Positions 35,619-36,339 of a stretch of DNA of 36,339 nucleotides are shown piece by piece. The stretch covers positions 1 to 36,339 of the forward strand of contig JAOUFI010000018.1 of the NCBI GenBank assembly GCA_029858305.1. The letters run 5' to 3'. Below the pieces are notes generated by a model. The model was given only the letters and a program-made list of their open reading frames with translations. It was not told where the DNA came from and ran no database searches. The translations under genes and the position numbers were made by a program. Positions within the stretch are counted from its first letter, which is position 1, and each line of letters begins with the position of its first letter. Source of the DNA: Candidatus Thorarchaeota archaeon. Lineage in GTDB: Archaea; Asgardarchaeota; Thorarchaeia; Thorarchaeales; Thorarchaeaceae.

Positions 35619-35629
35619 TCAAACGACCT

Positions 35630-36208
35630 CTACGTTATGTCAACGACTCTATCAGAAATGCTTGCTGCATTCCAAAGACCAACATGAAAGTATCTGAAAT
35701 ATCCATCTACATCAATAAGAACCATTGAGGGAATATACGTGACGCCAAAGTATGTAGAGAAGGTACTATTAGAGTCTAGACCATGATCCCAAGGAAGTCC
35801 CTTCGTAGTCTTATAGTCATCAAGCATTGATGGAGTCTCACTCACATCTACTGAGAGGGAGATAATAACTAGTGAACCTGCAAGACTTTCATATACTGTT
35901 TCTAAGTATGTGTTTTGAGTACTACAGGCACTACACCAAGTTGCCATGAGATCAACAAGAATTATAGTTCCCCTTAGATCAACCAGACTCAATGTAGTTC
36001 CATCAGACATAGCAAATGACCAACTATCAGGGACTTGAAGTCCAAGCTCAAGTAGGTCTCTATCTTCTGTTATTCCTGTAAGTGGGGTATCTGTATCTGT
36101 ATTGGGATTTTCTGAACCTTGAAAGGCAAACAAAGATACACCATTTGTAAGACCGATAATAGCAATCGCAATAGTCACCGCAACAATAGCCAGTTTCTTA
36201 GGGTCCAT
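35630..36208 (-). CDS. Membrane-anchored TlpA/ResA-like thioredoxin
   Basis: N-terminal TM, ATWCSAC and the cis-Pro motif GVTYIPS. ATG 36208 follows gaggt (the track gives 36214). Confidence 0.88.
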   Translation of the reverse strand: MDPKKLAIVAVTIAIAIIGLTNGVSLFAFQGSENPNTDTDTPLTGITEDRDLLELGLQVPDSWSFAMSDGTTLSLVDLRGTIILVDLMATWCSACSTQNTYLETVYESLAGSLVIISLSVDVSETPSMLDDYKTTKGLPWDHGLDSNSTFSTYFGVTYIPSMVLIDVDGYFRYFHVGLWNAASISDRVVDIT

Positions 36209-36339
36209 ATTCAAACCTCAAGATACAAAGGATACAGAACCCTATTCAATCGCCTTTTAACGTTTGTGCAACGTGTATGCACAACCGAACGGGCTATGGG
36301 TATAGTATCCGATTAGAAACGTTGAGAGTTTCTTGCGTG

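Overview
Gene-dense archaeal chromosomal segment with about 30 CDS. It is most likely from an Asgard archaeon, Thorarchaeia-like; this is inferred from a stand-alone single-domain gelsolin, a geranylgeranyl reductase, a DUF106/EMC3-family insertase, CofE and the style of the C-terminally anchored surface proteins. I found no rRNA, tRNA, CRISPR array or transposase. Recognisable genes include GGR, a DUF362 Fe-S protein, two amidohydrolases, DDAH, a MoxR AAA+/VWA pair, D-cysteine desulfhydrase, a VIT1/CCC1-like protein, adenine deaminase, a radical SAM protein, an ECF S-component with cofE, an S9 peptidase and ccdA/TlpA. The most interesting candidates are: (1) a VWA protein that begins with a copy of its partner MoxR's AAA+ lid domain; (2) a coupled pair of membrane proteins sharing a Zn-ribbon plus B-box-like module, divergent from a Cys-rich tail-anchored peptide; (3) several heavily base-paired intergenic elements, two of which share an AACGTGTAC motif; (4) a HEAT plus winged-helix operon; (5) an S-component overlapping cofE. 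All family calls come from reading motifs by eye; no database search or folding program was run.
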